DNA from: Eledone cirrhosa
Taxonomy: Eukaryota
Reading direction: 5' to 3'
Length of the DNA: 64,000 bases
Assembly (NCBI GenBank): GCA_964016885.1
Contig: OZ024740.1
Span: 271,126,001-271,190,000, forward strand
The stretch's first letter is position 1; every line of letters begins with the position of its first letter. The position numbers were made by a program, and so were the translations under genes. The notes under the pieces are model-generated. The model did not search any database. It saw only the letters and a list, made by a program, of their open reading frames with translations, and was not told the origin of the DNA. Positions 26,766 through 41,344 of the stretch are shown here, in pieces.

Positions 26766-28257
26766 AAAGGAACCAACTGAGTTCCGACGTGGAGAAGGTT
26801 AGGCTCCTCCAAGTTCAAAATGCCTAAAACACATCATGTGTCACGACTGCGCCTCTCCAATTCCATTGGGAGTTATAGGTCCTTCACCTTGGATTGTTTA
26901 GCTATATTTCCTGTGTGAGATGCTTCGTTAACTTTAGTTGTAATTCCGCATATATTCATATTATGTTGTGGAGGGTCCTCCTTCCATGATACATTGGATT
27001 CTATCAGAATTACTGTTACCAGCAATGTGAAATCCCATGGCTCTTCTAATTTATGTGTTTACACGTGGTAAACCGGTATCATGGTAATTAATTAATTAAA
27101 TAGTAGCAGCTAAGTAACTGATCATTTGACCTAAAAATTTGAAGTTCTTTTGTCTTATGCACTAGGGCTAGGGGTGCGTGATGCAATTTCAAAATCTCAA
27201 GGGGGTACCATGATAGAAAAAGGTAAAGAACCACTGCGTTAGATTCTTAATAATTTTGTATATCGAAAACAATATCTGAAAGTTGCAGATTAGTGTACTT
27301 TTATGCGGAGAAAATCACATGGATGAAATCCGTTTTAGAAAGATGAGTTTCATAGGAATATGTGAAATGAAAACTGCATTGTTTAGTTAAGAGGTTTGAG
27401 GAGGTTGATGAAGCCTTTGAAGAATAGAGACTGTTATAGAGATAGAAAAAATGTATTTGTTAAATAACCGAGAGAAAAATAACATTCAGAAATTCTATAA
27501 AATGTTTTTTTATCTCTAACATGAAACTCATAAGATTATTTATTCTGAAAAGGAAGTCCTTTTTTTGTTGATTTTCTTTTGAATACAAACCTTTATAAAG
27601 ATATACAATGAATGAATTGCTGCGGTATCAACATATTACTTCGTTGGATATGACGTCTTTTATTTTACTTGTTGCGACATGTAGTGGATGCATCAGTATC
27701 ATCAGAAAACTACAAACGCTTCTTCGTTCGTTCGTTTTTTGTTGGATTTTTTTTTATTTTTCGTTTTTTTTTTGTTTTTTTTTTGTTTTTTGGTTTTTTT
27801 CATTTTCATAATGTGACAGGTGCGATAATAGACTTTTAATGAAACGTCAAACTACTATTGATCTTAAAAGTTATAAAATAGATACCAATGATAAACTGAG
27901 ATTGATTCAGTTAACTACTCTTAGCCTAAATAAATCTGGCTTTGTGTCTTGTCAAAAGAAATAGTTATTATTTAGTTTATGTTTCCAATCTTATTAGGAA
28001 ATTTATGGAGAAAATACCAGAAATTTATGGAAACTCACCTATTAAAAAATATACTGAAGATGATTCCTCTCTCTAGATTTCTTCATCTAACAAAAACGGA
28101 CATTATGTCTAGCCAACCATTATATTCTTTAAATGCTTCAAAGAAAATCTAGAGATTTAAGATAGGGAAATAACCATACAACTTGTAACTGAATAAAGAT
28201 TCGGAGTTATTTTCGTATAGATTTTTATCTTTTTATTACATATATTTTGACGTTTAG

Positions 28258-28397
28258 TTGTCCTGTCTACTATGATATTCCACCACAATGTACGATGGTC
28301 AACCTTCCTGGAAAATGCTGTAGAGAACCAGTTTGTAATTTTGATGGCAAGTCCACAACATCGACTGGGCATCATAAAGGAAATCGATTTGGTGTTG
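28258..28397 (+). CDS. vWC repeat 1, C-half
   Basis: CPVYYDIPPQCTMVNLPGKCCREPVCNFDG...; TTAG/GTAAGT, phase 2-1. Confidence 0.92.
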
Positions 28398-28448
28398 GTA
28401 AGTACAAACTATTGTCTTCAAGTGCACTAACAAAACATTAGTATATTT

Positions 28449-28499
<51 letters not shown>

Positions 28500-28721
28500 A
28501 CTTCTTCTATCACCATATTATATCTTTGCCAACTTCTTTATCATTGATATTATTTCTCGTCTTTCAATTATTGTCAATACTTCTGAATCTACTTTGTCAT
28601 TCATCCTCTGGTATTGATAAGATATATACCAGTCAAATACGGGCCAGCAATACTGGCTAAGGAGTAACATTATTAAACCGACACCAGTACTTCGCTGATA
28701 TTTTTGACCACGTCGGGATTT

Positions 28722-28921
28722 TGAACTCAGGACGTAAAGACGCTAAGCATTTGTCCGACGCTGAACTCAGGAAGTAAAGATGCTAAGCATTTGTCCGACG
28801 CTGAACTCAGGACGTAAAGACGCTAAGCATTTGTCCGACGCTGAACTCAGGAAGTAAAGACGCTAAGCATTTGTCCGACGCTGAACTCAGGACGTAAAGA
28901 CGCTAAGCATTTGTCCGACGC
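28722..28921. repeat. 5 x 40-bp minisatellite derived from SINE sequence
   Basis: Unit TGAACTCAGGAmGTAAAGAyGCTAAGCATTTGTCCGACGC. Confidence 0.95.
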
Positions 28922-29039
28922 TTTGATAACTCTCCATCCACCCTTGCATTACTCTTAATAATTGTTTCTACTTTTGACACACACAAGGCCAGCAATTAAT
29001 TTTAACTTGACTTACACTTCCTGTCTATTTCTCTCTCTC

Positions 29040-29139
<100 letters not shown>

Positions 29140-29283
29140 GCATCTCCCAGATACCTAGCCGGTACTTGGGAGATATGAGGTTCGATTCCCCGTAGCGATC
29201 GATGGCATCTTCTTTAAGGACTTTCCCCTATTATAGAAGCTATTTTATATAATCTCCGAGCTGGAGGACACCACTCTTTACAT

Positions 29284-30130
29284 TAATAATAATTGTTTCT
29301 ACTTTAGGCACAAGGCCAGCAATTACCCAGTGCATTACTGGTACTTTATTTTATCGACCCCGTAAGGATGAAAGGAAAGTTAACCTCGGTGGGATTTGAA
29401 ATTAGAAGGTAAAGGGCCATAACTCTATGATGCAAAGCATAGTGTTTGACGCTCTACCGATACTGCCAGGCTTCTGATTTAGGCACAAGGCCAACGATTT
29501 GGGGGTAGGGGTAAGTCGATTAAATCGACCCAGTACTTTATCAACCTCGTAAATATGAAAGGCAAGGTTAACCTCAGAGGGATTTGAACTCAGAACGCAA
29601 AGGACCGTAACTATATGCCACAGAGCATTATGTCCGATGCTCTACCGATAGCATTACCCTTAATAAGGATTTCAAATTTAGGCACAAGACAAATAATTTC
29701 TAATTTCTAATAAAGGCAAGGAATTTGGGTACAGGGGATTATATCGACCTCAGTAGTTGACTGGTACTTTATTTGATCAACCTCGGAAGGACGAAAAACA
29801 AAGTTGAGCTGAGCAGGATTTGAACTCAGAATGTAAAGAGACAGAAGAAATACTGTGAAACATTTATCCAATACTCTAACCACACTGCTAGTCCACTGTT
29901 CTCATTAACTTTAATAATTATTTCTACATTTGGCACAAGGCCAACAATTTGAAGGGAAAGTCGATTAAATGGACTCCAGTGCGTTACTGGTACTTTATTT
30001 TATCAAATCCGTAAGGATGAAAGGCAAAGCAAATCTCATTTGGATTTGAACTCAGAACGTAAAAGGGCGTAACTATACGCTGCAAAGAATGTCGTAAGAT
30101 GCTCTACCGATACTGCAAATCTACTGCCCT
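29284..30130 (-). mobile_element. Cluster of four same-orientation SINEs
   Basis: Four consensus repeats of differing divergence. Confidence 0.85.
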
Positions 30131-30425
30131 TCTCATTACCTTTAATAATAAAAATTGCCAGTATTTATGAAGACACATGTTAAAATTATGTTCTGTTCCA
30201 CTGATGTATGACTTCGACCTAGGATTGTTTTCAGTGTGAATTGTATCACAGTACACTAATGAAACGAACAGACAGCTATAATCACTGCAAGCAATAATTA
30301 TAATTGACTTTATATAGGTGCAAAATATTAATTTATCCTATTAGAAAATGAAGTGATTTTATTAGATTGATAGAAAGAAACTTACATATATGAGAGCTAA
30401 AAAGGTTAAAAGATGCGTAAGTGTG

Positions 30426-30595
<170 letters not shown>

Positions 30596-30762
30596 GTGTG
30601 TGTGCGTGTGTGTGTGTGTGTGTGTCATTGATTTTTGTACTTTGAGGTAAATTTTACCCAACATTGACGGCATTTTTCTGTTTTAACAGCTATTCTTGCG
30701 TTGAGTTCCTCTCATTATTCTATGAATTCTAATACACTCGCGATTCAACTCGGTTTCGAGAA

Positions 30763-30825
<63 letters not shown>

Positions 30826-30826
<1 letters not shown>

Positions 30827-32162
30827 TAATAATGACAATAGTGATAGTGGTAATGATAGTAGTAATGATAGCAGCGGCCCTTACTGCATTAGAAATAGCA
30901 ACAAAAAGCATTGCAATTTCCGAAACCCCAACAACTGTCCGCTCCAGGGCTAATGCTTGATTAGAAATATAATCTACAAATGCACAGTGACGAGTAAAAT
31001 TAGCACTAGGTCTTACATAGGCACCACTTCTAATGAGTTCAAGACTAGATTTAGATCACATCTCCACTCTTTTAGAAATAAGAAGCTCAGGTTCTCTTCC
31101 TTCCTTGCTAATTATATTAAGTTATTAACTGAATCTAACATTAGCTACACAACACATTGGGGAGTAGTAGATCAAGCAACGCTATACAACTTTAGGAAAG
31201 ATTGTCAGCTGTGCCTAATAGAAACATATTATATAGTAAGCTCACCCCATGAACTCATTAATAGTCGAACTGAAACGGTCATAAATTGCAACCACAGGCT
31301 ACAACTCTCGTTCTACAATTGGTCTCTAGACCAGTAATAACATCCTATCCCCACAGCTATCTACATCACACCACCATTTAGTCCTTCCTGCAATAATTAG
31401 GCCTAAGTACAGTATTTAATGATGCTATTAACCAACCACCTGATTTTTGCCTAAACACTGCCAATCACCTACTGACTTAGACTCACCCTGCTAAACCATC
31501 CCTTTAGCTGGGATATACTAAATATTATAGGGTGCTTTCTTGCCTTTACACCGTGCAGTTGCCACCCTTAGCGGATTATGCCCCTTTCACTGACGCCATT
31601 ATTAGTTTCGCCTACCATGCAAGGTGACTTTAATCTAATGGAAAGATTTTCAACCTGCTCTAATAGTATTTATATTTATTGATGACATTATATAAACAAG
31701 GGCCGTAACTCTATGCGTCAATGCATGGTCGACGCCATGCTTTGACACATAGAGTTACGGCCCTTGCCAATCTGAGTTCAAATCCCGCCAAGGTTAACTT
31801 TGCCTTTCATCCTTACGGGGTCGATAAAATAAAGTACCAGTAATACACTGGATAATTGCTGGTCTTGTGCCAAAAGTAGAAACAATTATATAAAGAATCA
31901 TTTCTCTGGGGAGTCCATGTGGGCGAAACATGTGTAAGATTTATATAAAGAACTTGTTTCAACGGCTTATAACTCCTTCATTCATTCATTTGCTTATACC
32001 TGCTCAGCTTGAACAATCTACTAAATATTAAATCTTCTGTAATATTTAACTCTGCTAACCCAAGCATCGAGCACACTCCGCTTCGGCTATTGGCATTTAG
32101 TAATCTGTATCGCACTTCTCTGTATCTCTCTATTTCCTCCTCTCCTACGATACATATATCCT

Positions 32163-32165
<3 letters not shown>
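30826..32165 (+). mobile_element. 3' fragment of a second Penelope-like element (GIY-YIG + 3' region, SINE nested)
   Basis: CPLQG*CL, NIIYKCTV...SYIGTTSNEFKTRFRSH, CQLCLIE...INSRTE...CNH; degenerate hammerhead at 31903-31939; TA flanks. Confidence 0.85.
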
Positions 32166-32219
<54 letters not shown>

Positions 32220-32392
32220 AAGAGTTAAACAAAATTCAATGAGTATATCAAAGAATTAGTTTTATATATGAGTTATATATATGAGTGTGTATATAAGTAT
32301 AAATATATATGCACAGGATGGGTGTCTTTTTCTCTCATAATGTCACTTTGATATTTCTATTACCCTTAAAACATCTTATTGCTGGTTTTCAG

Positions 32393-32507
32393 ACGTGTGT
32401 GTTTACAAAGGAAATGAATATTACCAGGACCAAACATGGACCGATGGATGCCAATCAGAATGTGTCTGTAAAAATGCTAACTCTGGACTGTGGGTATGTC
32501 AGTCAAA
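32393..32507 (+). CDS. vWC repeat 2, N-half
   Basis: DVCVYKGNEYYQDQTWTDGCQSECVCKNANSGLWVCQSK; TTTTCAG/GTAAGT, phase 1-2. Confidence 0.92.
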
Positions 32508-33226
32508 GTAAGTGAAGAAGACTATCTTTCCTTTACTCTTAACAATGTGTTTTGGAGCGAGAAAAGGAAGTCTCTAAGTGGATATTTGACCTGCTATCAA
32601 TAGAAGACAATTCTCCCTTAAATCACCCCCCTACCTGTCTTGTAATGATTTTTAGGCCTAAATTTTGGGAAATGGGCAAAGTTATGTGAACCTCAGTACT
32701 TGACCGATATTTTATTTGATTGGTCCCAGAAAAAAGAAAGGCAGAGTGGACCTTAGTGCAATTTGAATTGAGAACGTAAAGAGCCAGAACAAATACCACA
32801 ATGGCATTTTATCTGACACTCTATTAATTCTGCCAACCCACAAACTTACCTGTCTTATAGAAAAAATGGTTATATTGGATAATATGCGAGGGTCAGCTGG
32901 AAATTTCATAGGCTGACCAAGATACTCTTATAGAATAACCAAATGAGGTTAATTTTTTCAACATAGTCCCTGGAAAGAAACAATTAATAAGGCATTATGT
33001 TAGAGTGAACGAAGACTTAACGAACATTTTAACTGATTATCATTCTATTAATTATTGTATGATTAATTAATTATCTGCAATCTGTAGCACATAAATTACG
33101 AAACTTGTGGTTAGAAATATTTAAAATTCTATTACCAATTTTGTTTTAATTAAAATTTTAGATGGATATCTTATTTTCATTAAATATATTTAAAAATTTT
33201 CTACAAAATAGTATATTTACAAAATT

Positions 33227-33432
33227 ACTGTTTATACTCGAATATAAGTCGAGGAATATGTGACCAAAAAATAGATGATAAAATGAGGGAGTCGTCTTAT
33301 ATACACCGTATAAACAATGTGTTGATTAGCTGCCTTGACTTATAAATGTGGTTTGGATTTTTACCCATTTCTCAGACATAAAATAGTGGGGGCGACCTAT
33401 ATTCGGATCGACTTATAATCGGGAATATACAA
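33227..33432. mobile_element. Old pogo/Tc2-like MITE
   Basis: TATACTCGAATATAAGTCGA...TCGACTTATAATCGGGAATA inverted termini. Confidence 0.65.
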
Positions 33433-33610
33433 TATTTTATGAAAAGTCGTTTGATAATAAGTCGTCGTATCCATATATATTGCATTTAATGAAATCGACA
33501 CTAATGATGTTTCTATATTTGTTTTTCCCCAAAGATATTGTTACTTTCATACTCATAGTAGCAGATTTCCAAACACTTTTCTTTGTGCAGTTGTGCGTGT
33601 TTATTTAGAA

Positions 33611-33769
33611 CAGTGATCCCCAAGGTGGGGTCCACAAAGGAGTGTTCCGTAAAAAATGTCGAGGAGTATATTTATGTTACGACCATATAACAGTATTAGA
33701 CTTTGGAGTTCCCCCAAAAAGTTTCTGAACTAAAAGGGGTTCACGTTTGAAAAGATTTGGGAAACTCTG
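33611..33769. mobile_element. Old hAT-like MITE
   Basis: CAGTGATCCCCAA...TTGGGAAACTCTG; imperfect 8-bp flanks. Confidence 0.6.
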
Positions 33770-33839
33770 ATTTATAGCTAAGTATATGGTGGCTAATTTC
33801 ATATAAGAAAATGTGGCAAAATTTGTATATTATTTGCCG

Positions 33840-34028
33840 TGAATTGGCAGTATCGGTAGAGAGTCGAACGTCATGCTTTCCAGCATAGAGTTACGTCTCT
33901 TTACGGTCTGAGTTCAAATCCCGTCAAGGTTAACTTTGCCTTTCATCCTTACGGGGGTCGATAAAATAAAGTACCAGTAATGTACTGGGTAATTTGCTGG
34001 CCTTGTGCCAAAAGTAGAAACAATTATT
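33840..34028 (+). mobile_element. Main-family SINE
   Basis: Matches consensus over its full length. Confidence 0.88.
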
Positions 34029-34473
34029 TGCCACTTCATCACTAGTCACCATCTCTGTTCAACAGAAACTTATCCCTGTTTTGTTCAATGGTGTCCTCGG
34101 TAGAAGAAGTAAAAACACGTTAGGCTACTTCTTGGCGCTGAATACTAGTATGACCATTTTTTTTTTTTTTTTTTCAAATCATTCGTAAACAGTTCGTTGT
34201 GGCAAAATATTATCTCTATACTGTACTGAAAATCTTCCATGGATTTCAGCCCAGAGTACACATTCAGCCCACAGAAAGCGATTCACTAAATGCTCCTCTT
34301 CTTCAAAGAAGATAGAAAATGGAGCGGCCTTGTTATATTAGTAACATCGACAAATTAACGTTTCGAGTTCAAACCGCCACCATAATGACTATATGGAAAC
34401 CTCTTTTAGTGAATCAATATGGAAACAATAATAAGTGTTTAGTGGATAATTAATGAAGCAGTGACTCACATTC

Positions 34474-34527
<54 letters not shown>

Positions 34528-34530
<3 letters not shown>

Positions 34531-34717
34531 AGTAAGTAAGACCCCGACGGCTGAGCTCAAGCCGTTTCGACGGCTAATTCTGTACAGAATTAGCCGTCGA
34601 AACGGCTTGAGCTCGGCCGTCGGGGTCTTACTTACTCCTATTACCCACTCTACTACCCTAAGTATTGAGTACTTTGGTGCGTTATGGTCCACCTGGTTCC
34701 TTACCACTTTTCCATCG

Positions 34718-34771
<54 letters not shown>

Positions 34772-34959
34772 TTATACATATGTATATAACGAAGGAAATG
34801 TGGTAAGGAACCAGGTGGACCATAACGCACCAAAGTACTCAATACTTAGGGTAGTAGAGTGGGCAATAGGAACGAGTAAGACCCCGACTGAAATCAGTCC
34901 AGAATTAGCCGTCGAAACGGCTTGAGCTCAGCCGTCGGGGTCTTACTCGTTCCTATTAC

Positions 34960-34960
<1 letters not shown>
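34528..34960. mobile_element. Nested inverted copies of a Penelope-type 3' end (same family at 131-342)
   Basis: GTCGAAACGGCTTGAGCTCnGCCGTCGGGGTCTTAC in both orientations; two copies tail-to-tail around (TA)n. Confidence 0.65.
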
Positions 34961-35035
<75 letters not shown>

Positions 35036-35134
35036 AAATGGGGAGAAGAATGCTGCAGGTTGCACATGGATAACATGTTATAAAATGAGTCCCTCATCAG
35101 TGATTTGCCGACGATCATAGATATTTCATTGCAT

Positions 35135-35456
<322 letters not shown>

Positions 35457-35850
35457 TTTGTGTGTGGGAACTATAGAGAGCGTGCGTGTATGTTTGTCTG
35501 TGTGTATATGTTTGTGCATATATGTTTGACAGGCTTCTGCAGATTCCATCTAATGTATTCCACTTACAAAGTATTTGCCTACCTGATGCTATAGTAGAAG
35601 ACACTTTCCCAAGCTATTAAACACTTTAATTGAACCTAGAACCCCGTATCTGCAATGCTACCCAGAATTCCGTATCTGCGATGCTAGCTTCTTAGCCACA
35701 GAGCCATATCATTCTAATCCATCTTACTTGAACCATTTCCGCAAAGGTCTTCAATATTGTAATGTAAGCATCTGATATATAATAAATGGAGTCGACGTGA
35801 TATTTGAAATAAAGTTTTTTAAAATATTTTGATTGATTTATTTCTAATAG

Positions 35851-35984
35851 ATGTCCTCAGTATAAACATCTTCCCAGCATATGTAATGTGGAGAAAAAAT
35901 CTGGTGAATGTTGCGGCGAAGTAAAATGTGAATTCATCGTTGACTTTGGTAAAATCAAAGGTGGCGGAAAGATTGTTGACAAAG
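35851..35984 (+). CDS. vWC repeat 2, C-half
   Basis: CPQYKHLPSICNVEKKSGECCGEVKCEFIVDFGKIKGGGKIVDK; AATAG/GTAAGG, phase 2-1. Confidence 0.92.
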
Positions 35985-37236
35985 GTAAGGTTTATTTTCA
36001 TGACGATTTTTGATTTAGGCACAAGACCAACAATTTTGAAGGGAGGGCTAAGTCCATTAAATTGACCCCAACGTTATATTTAAATACACTCATGAAATAT
36101 TTACCCCACCTCGGCTCTAATGTGATAGAATCCGATTGTTTCACCTTTTCATAGTCAGGGGTACATCAGCTGTATATAATTTACTGGGTAATATTTGGGC
36201 CTTTCGCAAGGACATTAGAATAATAAATAAAATATATAATGTTTATTTATTGTTAGTATAACTACTATTTGGTTAAACATACAGAAAAAGAAAGCAGTAT
36301 TGGAAAGGACTATAAATGCCATAAATGAGAGGAAAAGGAAAGCGGAATAAGGACTACAAGATAAAGGAAGAGAGAGAGGAGATGGGTAGAGGGTGGAAGA
36401 CTCTACACCTAGGTTTGTGTGGTGTTTCGGCTACACCCCGCGGACAAAATGGCAAAGTCATTTCCTCGGACAATGGCCAGCGACACCGGCTGCAATAAAT
36501 AAAATAGTTCTGCTGCTAAATGATTATCATGTGATTAACAGCGCTTGCCAGAGATATTCATACATATATATATGTACATACATACGTCTATGAGTCATAG
36601 AACATATGATTGCGTTCATGCGCACAGAAATGGCGTTAACTTATTGGTGAAATGTTTCCTTCAAAGACTACGATATATCTTCTGAGCGTACCTTCATTCT
36701 ACGATCACTGCAATACCGATAAAAGAAGTGTGTGAATCGCAACGGAGAGAATGTTGAAAAATAAACTTCATTTGTTCCCATTCCAAGAGAGTATCTTCGT
36801 CAATTTATGATTACTTTAGCCGACTCTCGTAGTTTGTTACGAAATAAAATTAGACTCATGTGGTTTTCCAGGTGGACAAGGTAGCTATATTATTATAAAA
36901 CAAATTACATTAGAGTTAATAAGTTAATCTGATTCAGAATTGTTTTCTACGATATTTTCTATATTTGGTGAGGGAGATGTTGGAAATCTACTTATGTGGT
37001 GAATGTTTTTCCAATGTTGAATGCATTAGCTATTGTATATTCACTAAGGTATATCTTTACTAGAATTGATATCTTTACTAGAATTCTTTATTAGGTTTTT
37101 ATGCCTGATGTCGGTGTGGTTGCGTTTGAACAGCATATATCTTCTTTGTGTGTATAGTTGTGTATGCGCATGTGTGTGTGTGTGTGTGTAAATGTGTGTG
37201 TATGTGTGTGGGGGGGGGGTCTGTGCGTGTGTGTGT

Positions 37237-37347
<111 letters not shown>

Positions 37348-37445
37348 TGTGTGTGTGTGTGTGTGTGTGCGCGCGCGCGTAATATTCACATTCAAGTCTT
37401 GAAACTTTTCTAGATATAAATATCATTAGCTATTTCAATATATGA

Positions 37446-37485
<40 letters not shown>

Positions 37486-37843
37486 AAAGAATAGAGGTGT
37501 AACACACAAGTTATTATATATTGGTAAACGGAATAGAAAATGCTGACAAATTGTTCACAGTTGAAAAATGGTTTAATTAGGAATAAAAGAGTATTAGTGA
37601 TTGTATGGGTTAGTATTCAGTTGTGGTTTTAAGTTTTTAAGTTTTTACCGATCAGAGCAAACAGCACGGACACTCTATCTCAAAATTATTTTTGAAAAGC
37701 ATTTAGAAATGCGCAACCGGTAAAAACTTAAAAACTTAAAACCACAACTGAATACTAACCCATACAATCACTAATACTCTTTTATTCCTAATTAAACCAT
37801 TTTTCAACTGTGAACAATTTGTCAGCATTTTCTATTCCGTTTA

Positions 37844-37884
<41 letters not shown>

Positions 37885-38173
37885 GTATGTATGTATATAT
37901 ATATATAAATGAAGTAATTCCGTCGGAAAGGTCCAGGAACAAAGAGTGCTCTATGTAAGTTACAGAGCTTAATAGTCATGTAATAAACAACATAAGGCAA
38001 TTATTTCATTTACCAGTGGTTTCTTAAAAGCATCAGAATGAAAAACTCCTGGTGTATTTAATGACATTGGATTTTAAAAACAAAATTTGTTTGCTTTTAA
38101 GAAACCACTGGTAAATGAAATAATTGCCTTATGTTGTTTATTACATAACTATATATATATATATATATACATT

Positions 38174-38205
<32 letters not shown>

Positions 38206-38255
38206 TACATATATACATGTATATATGCATATATATATAAATATAATATATATAT

Positions 38256-38288
<33 letters not shown>

Positions 38289-38323
38289 CACACACATATA
38301 TATATATACATATATATATATAT

Positions 38324-38373
<50 letters not shown>

Positions 38374-38394
38374 ATATATATATATATGTATATA

Positions 38395-38484
<90 letters not shown>

Positions 38485-38856
38485 TATACATACATATATA
38501 TATATATATATACAAATAATTACAACAGTAATTGAGTTACAATTAAATTGTCTAATTAAATTTTACGTACATGTATTTGATTAAATATGTGTACGAGACA
38601 CCGACTATGAGTTGGTAAAGTCTCAAGTGTTGTCTATGCAATCATCAATGAAGGACGGGACATTATATTATCTTATATATCCAATTACATGTATCCGTAG
38701 ATAAAAATGTGAAATGAAACTCAGCAAACATGCAGACAGACCAAAAGTAATATATGCAAAATCCCGACATCATTTAGAAAATAAATGTAAATGAATTTAC
38801 ATTAAAATGTTTCGTTAAGAAAGGATTAAATATTGAATTAGATATTATAATATATG

Positions 38857-39860
38857 TAATGGTTTCTGATTTAGGCACAAGGCCAATCATTTTGGAAGAA
38901 GGGGAAAGTCGATTAAATCGACTCCAGTGTGTTACTAGTACTTTATATTATCGACCCCGTAAGAATAAAACGCCAAGCTAACCTCCGCGGAATTTGCACT
39001 GAGAACGTTAAGAGACATAACTCTATGTCTGTCGCAAAGCATGCCCAACGCTCTACCAATACTACCAATCCACTTCCCTTTATAGTATATATAATGGTTT
39101 CTTATATAGGCACAAGGCCAGCAATTTTTGGAGAAATGGAAAGTCGATTAAATCGACTACAGTGCGTGACTGGTACTATATTTTATAGACCCCGTAAGGA
39201 TGAAAGGCAGTTAACCTCGGTGGGATTTGAACTCAGATCATGAAGGGCCGTAACTCTTTGCTGCAAAGCATGGCGTCCGACCCTCTACCAATCCACCTCC
39301 TTTCATAGTATATATAATTGTTTCTACTTTTGGCACAAGGCCAGCAATAAACCAGTGCATTACTGGTACTTTATTTTATCAACCCCGTAAGGATGAAAGG
39401 CAAAGTCAACCTCGGCGGGATTTGAACTCAGATCGTAAAGGGACATAACTATGCTGGAAAGCATGGCGTCAGACCCTCTACCGATACTGCCAATCCAAAT
39501 GCCACATATCATGAATGTTAATTTTGCGACAGTACTCGAAATCTTATTATAGATCTTATATGCTTACTTAAACATCGAAATATATTGGAAACATTGCTTC
39601 TTTCTAGGGCTCTGTTGACAAATAAAAGTCATTTGGTCATTCCATGAGAGTATCTTAGTTAGCCTGTGAACGTTTCTGCCTATGGACTTTTTAGCTGATC
39701 CTCGTACATAATTGTTTCTACTTTAGGCACAAGGCCAGCAATTACCCAGTGCATTACTGGTACTTTATTTTATCGACCCCGTAGGGATGAAAGGCAAAGT
39801 CAACCTCGGCGGGATTTGAACTCAGATCGTAAAGGGACGTAACTATGCTGGAAAGCATGG
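38857..39860 (-). mobile_element. Three tandem SINEs (38857-39498) plus a 5'-truncated copy (39709-39860)
   Basis: Consensus repeats; last copy has TSD GCTGATyCTCGTACATAAT. Confidence 0.88.
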
Positions 39861-41289
39861 CTGATTCTCGTACATAATGTTAGTCGCGTAGTAGTCAGTA
39901 TGGTTGAGTTTCATAATACATTGGGCTGATAATGTAGAAGCTTATGCAGTGTAAAGTAAATTAACATGGCTGTTCCCCTTCCTTTTCTCAGTTGTACACC
40001 CTAGAGTAAGTTGAACTCAGTAATGCTTGGAGAAAGGCGACGAATTGGCAAAGTCGTTAAAACGTCGGTATTCGTTTCGGCTCTCTGCACTCTGAGTTCA
40101 AATCCCACTGAAGTCAACTTTGCCTTTCATCCATTCGAGGCCGATTACAAAAGTACCAGTCAAGTACTGGGGTCGATTCTTTCTCTATATCTCTTACTTA
40201 CTTTCTATCTTTCTCTGGAAGAAATCTGCTGTATTCAGACGTGGATAGGATTGGGCTCTGCCAGGTTTAAAAGTTCCCTAAAACGCCGTATGTCAATACG
40301 GCGCCCTTACGATCCCCTCTTGAGTTACGGAACCATATATGCAGTACATAATGAATAAACTTTGATTGATATTGCAATAATATCCGAGTTCTCATGCCTG
40401 ACATTATTTTTCATCATCCTTCTAGGGTCGATAAAATAATGTTCCAGTCAATTACTGGTACATAATTTACTGAAAAAGAGGTAAATCGGTACAAGTGTTA
40501 GATGTCTGGCGATGCTTATTCAGCTTGTTTTATTCTGAGTTCAATCCCCGCTGTGGTCCACTTTGCCCTTTGTCCTTTCAAGATCGATGGAGCAAGTTTC
40601 TATCAAGGAATTATGAAAGTTTGCTATATTTGTGTTGGTTTTTTGCAATCTGAGTTCAAATCCTACTGTGGTCTACTTGAGTATTAGACTTAATTTTTCG
40701 ACCACTTTAACACTGTCACCTGAATGTATGTGCTATTAGTGGAATCCACCTTGGTGTAAACATTTGAGCCAGTTCTCCAGTTTGATAATACCTTCTTCTC
40801 CCCATCTCAGAATCCCTCAAAAGTATCGTGGACATACTCTTCCCCCTGGCTAACAGATAACAAACTATATCTCCTTATTCTCAAAATGTAAGGCCTTGTG
40901 ATATGCAAGAAATCAATATTTCAGCAATGTAAGTACTGCCGTTGCCACCGTTGTTTACATATATGAGTGGCTTCTTCCTTACCCTGTGGTACCTGTTTAC
41001 AAATAGGTCGACTGGGTCATTTAAGAATTAAGTATCTTGGCTACGAACATAATGCATAATGCAAATCTCTGTTGGATATACGAAAACCAATTGAGTCAAT
41101 AGACCATCGGCCATTCAATTATTATTCTCATACTAGCATCGATTTTGTGTCTTGTCATGAGAAAATCAATATTGTCTGTTCCGCTGTGCATTTGTGAAAA
41201 TTTCAACTTTTATAATAGCGAGTGACAAAAAACTACATTCAGCAGTGTCTTTTAAGATTCTTTTATTAACGGATGTCAATAATAGGAAA

Positions 41290-41294
41290 TGTGT

Positions 41295-41344
<50 letters not shown>

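Noticed and set aside
28722-28921. CRISPR-like regular repeats
   Set aside because: Contiguous units with no unique spacers, SINE-derived, eukaryotic context.
39992-40005. Possible 14-nt exon (CTCAG...GTAAGT)
   Set aside because: Would break the phase-1 chain and no compensating exon was found.
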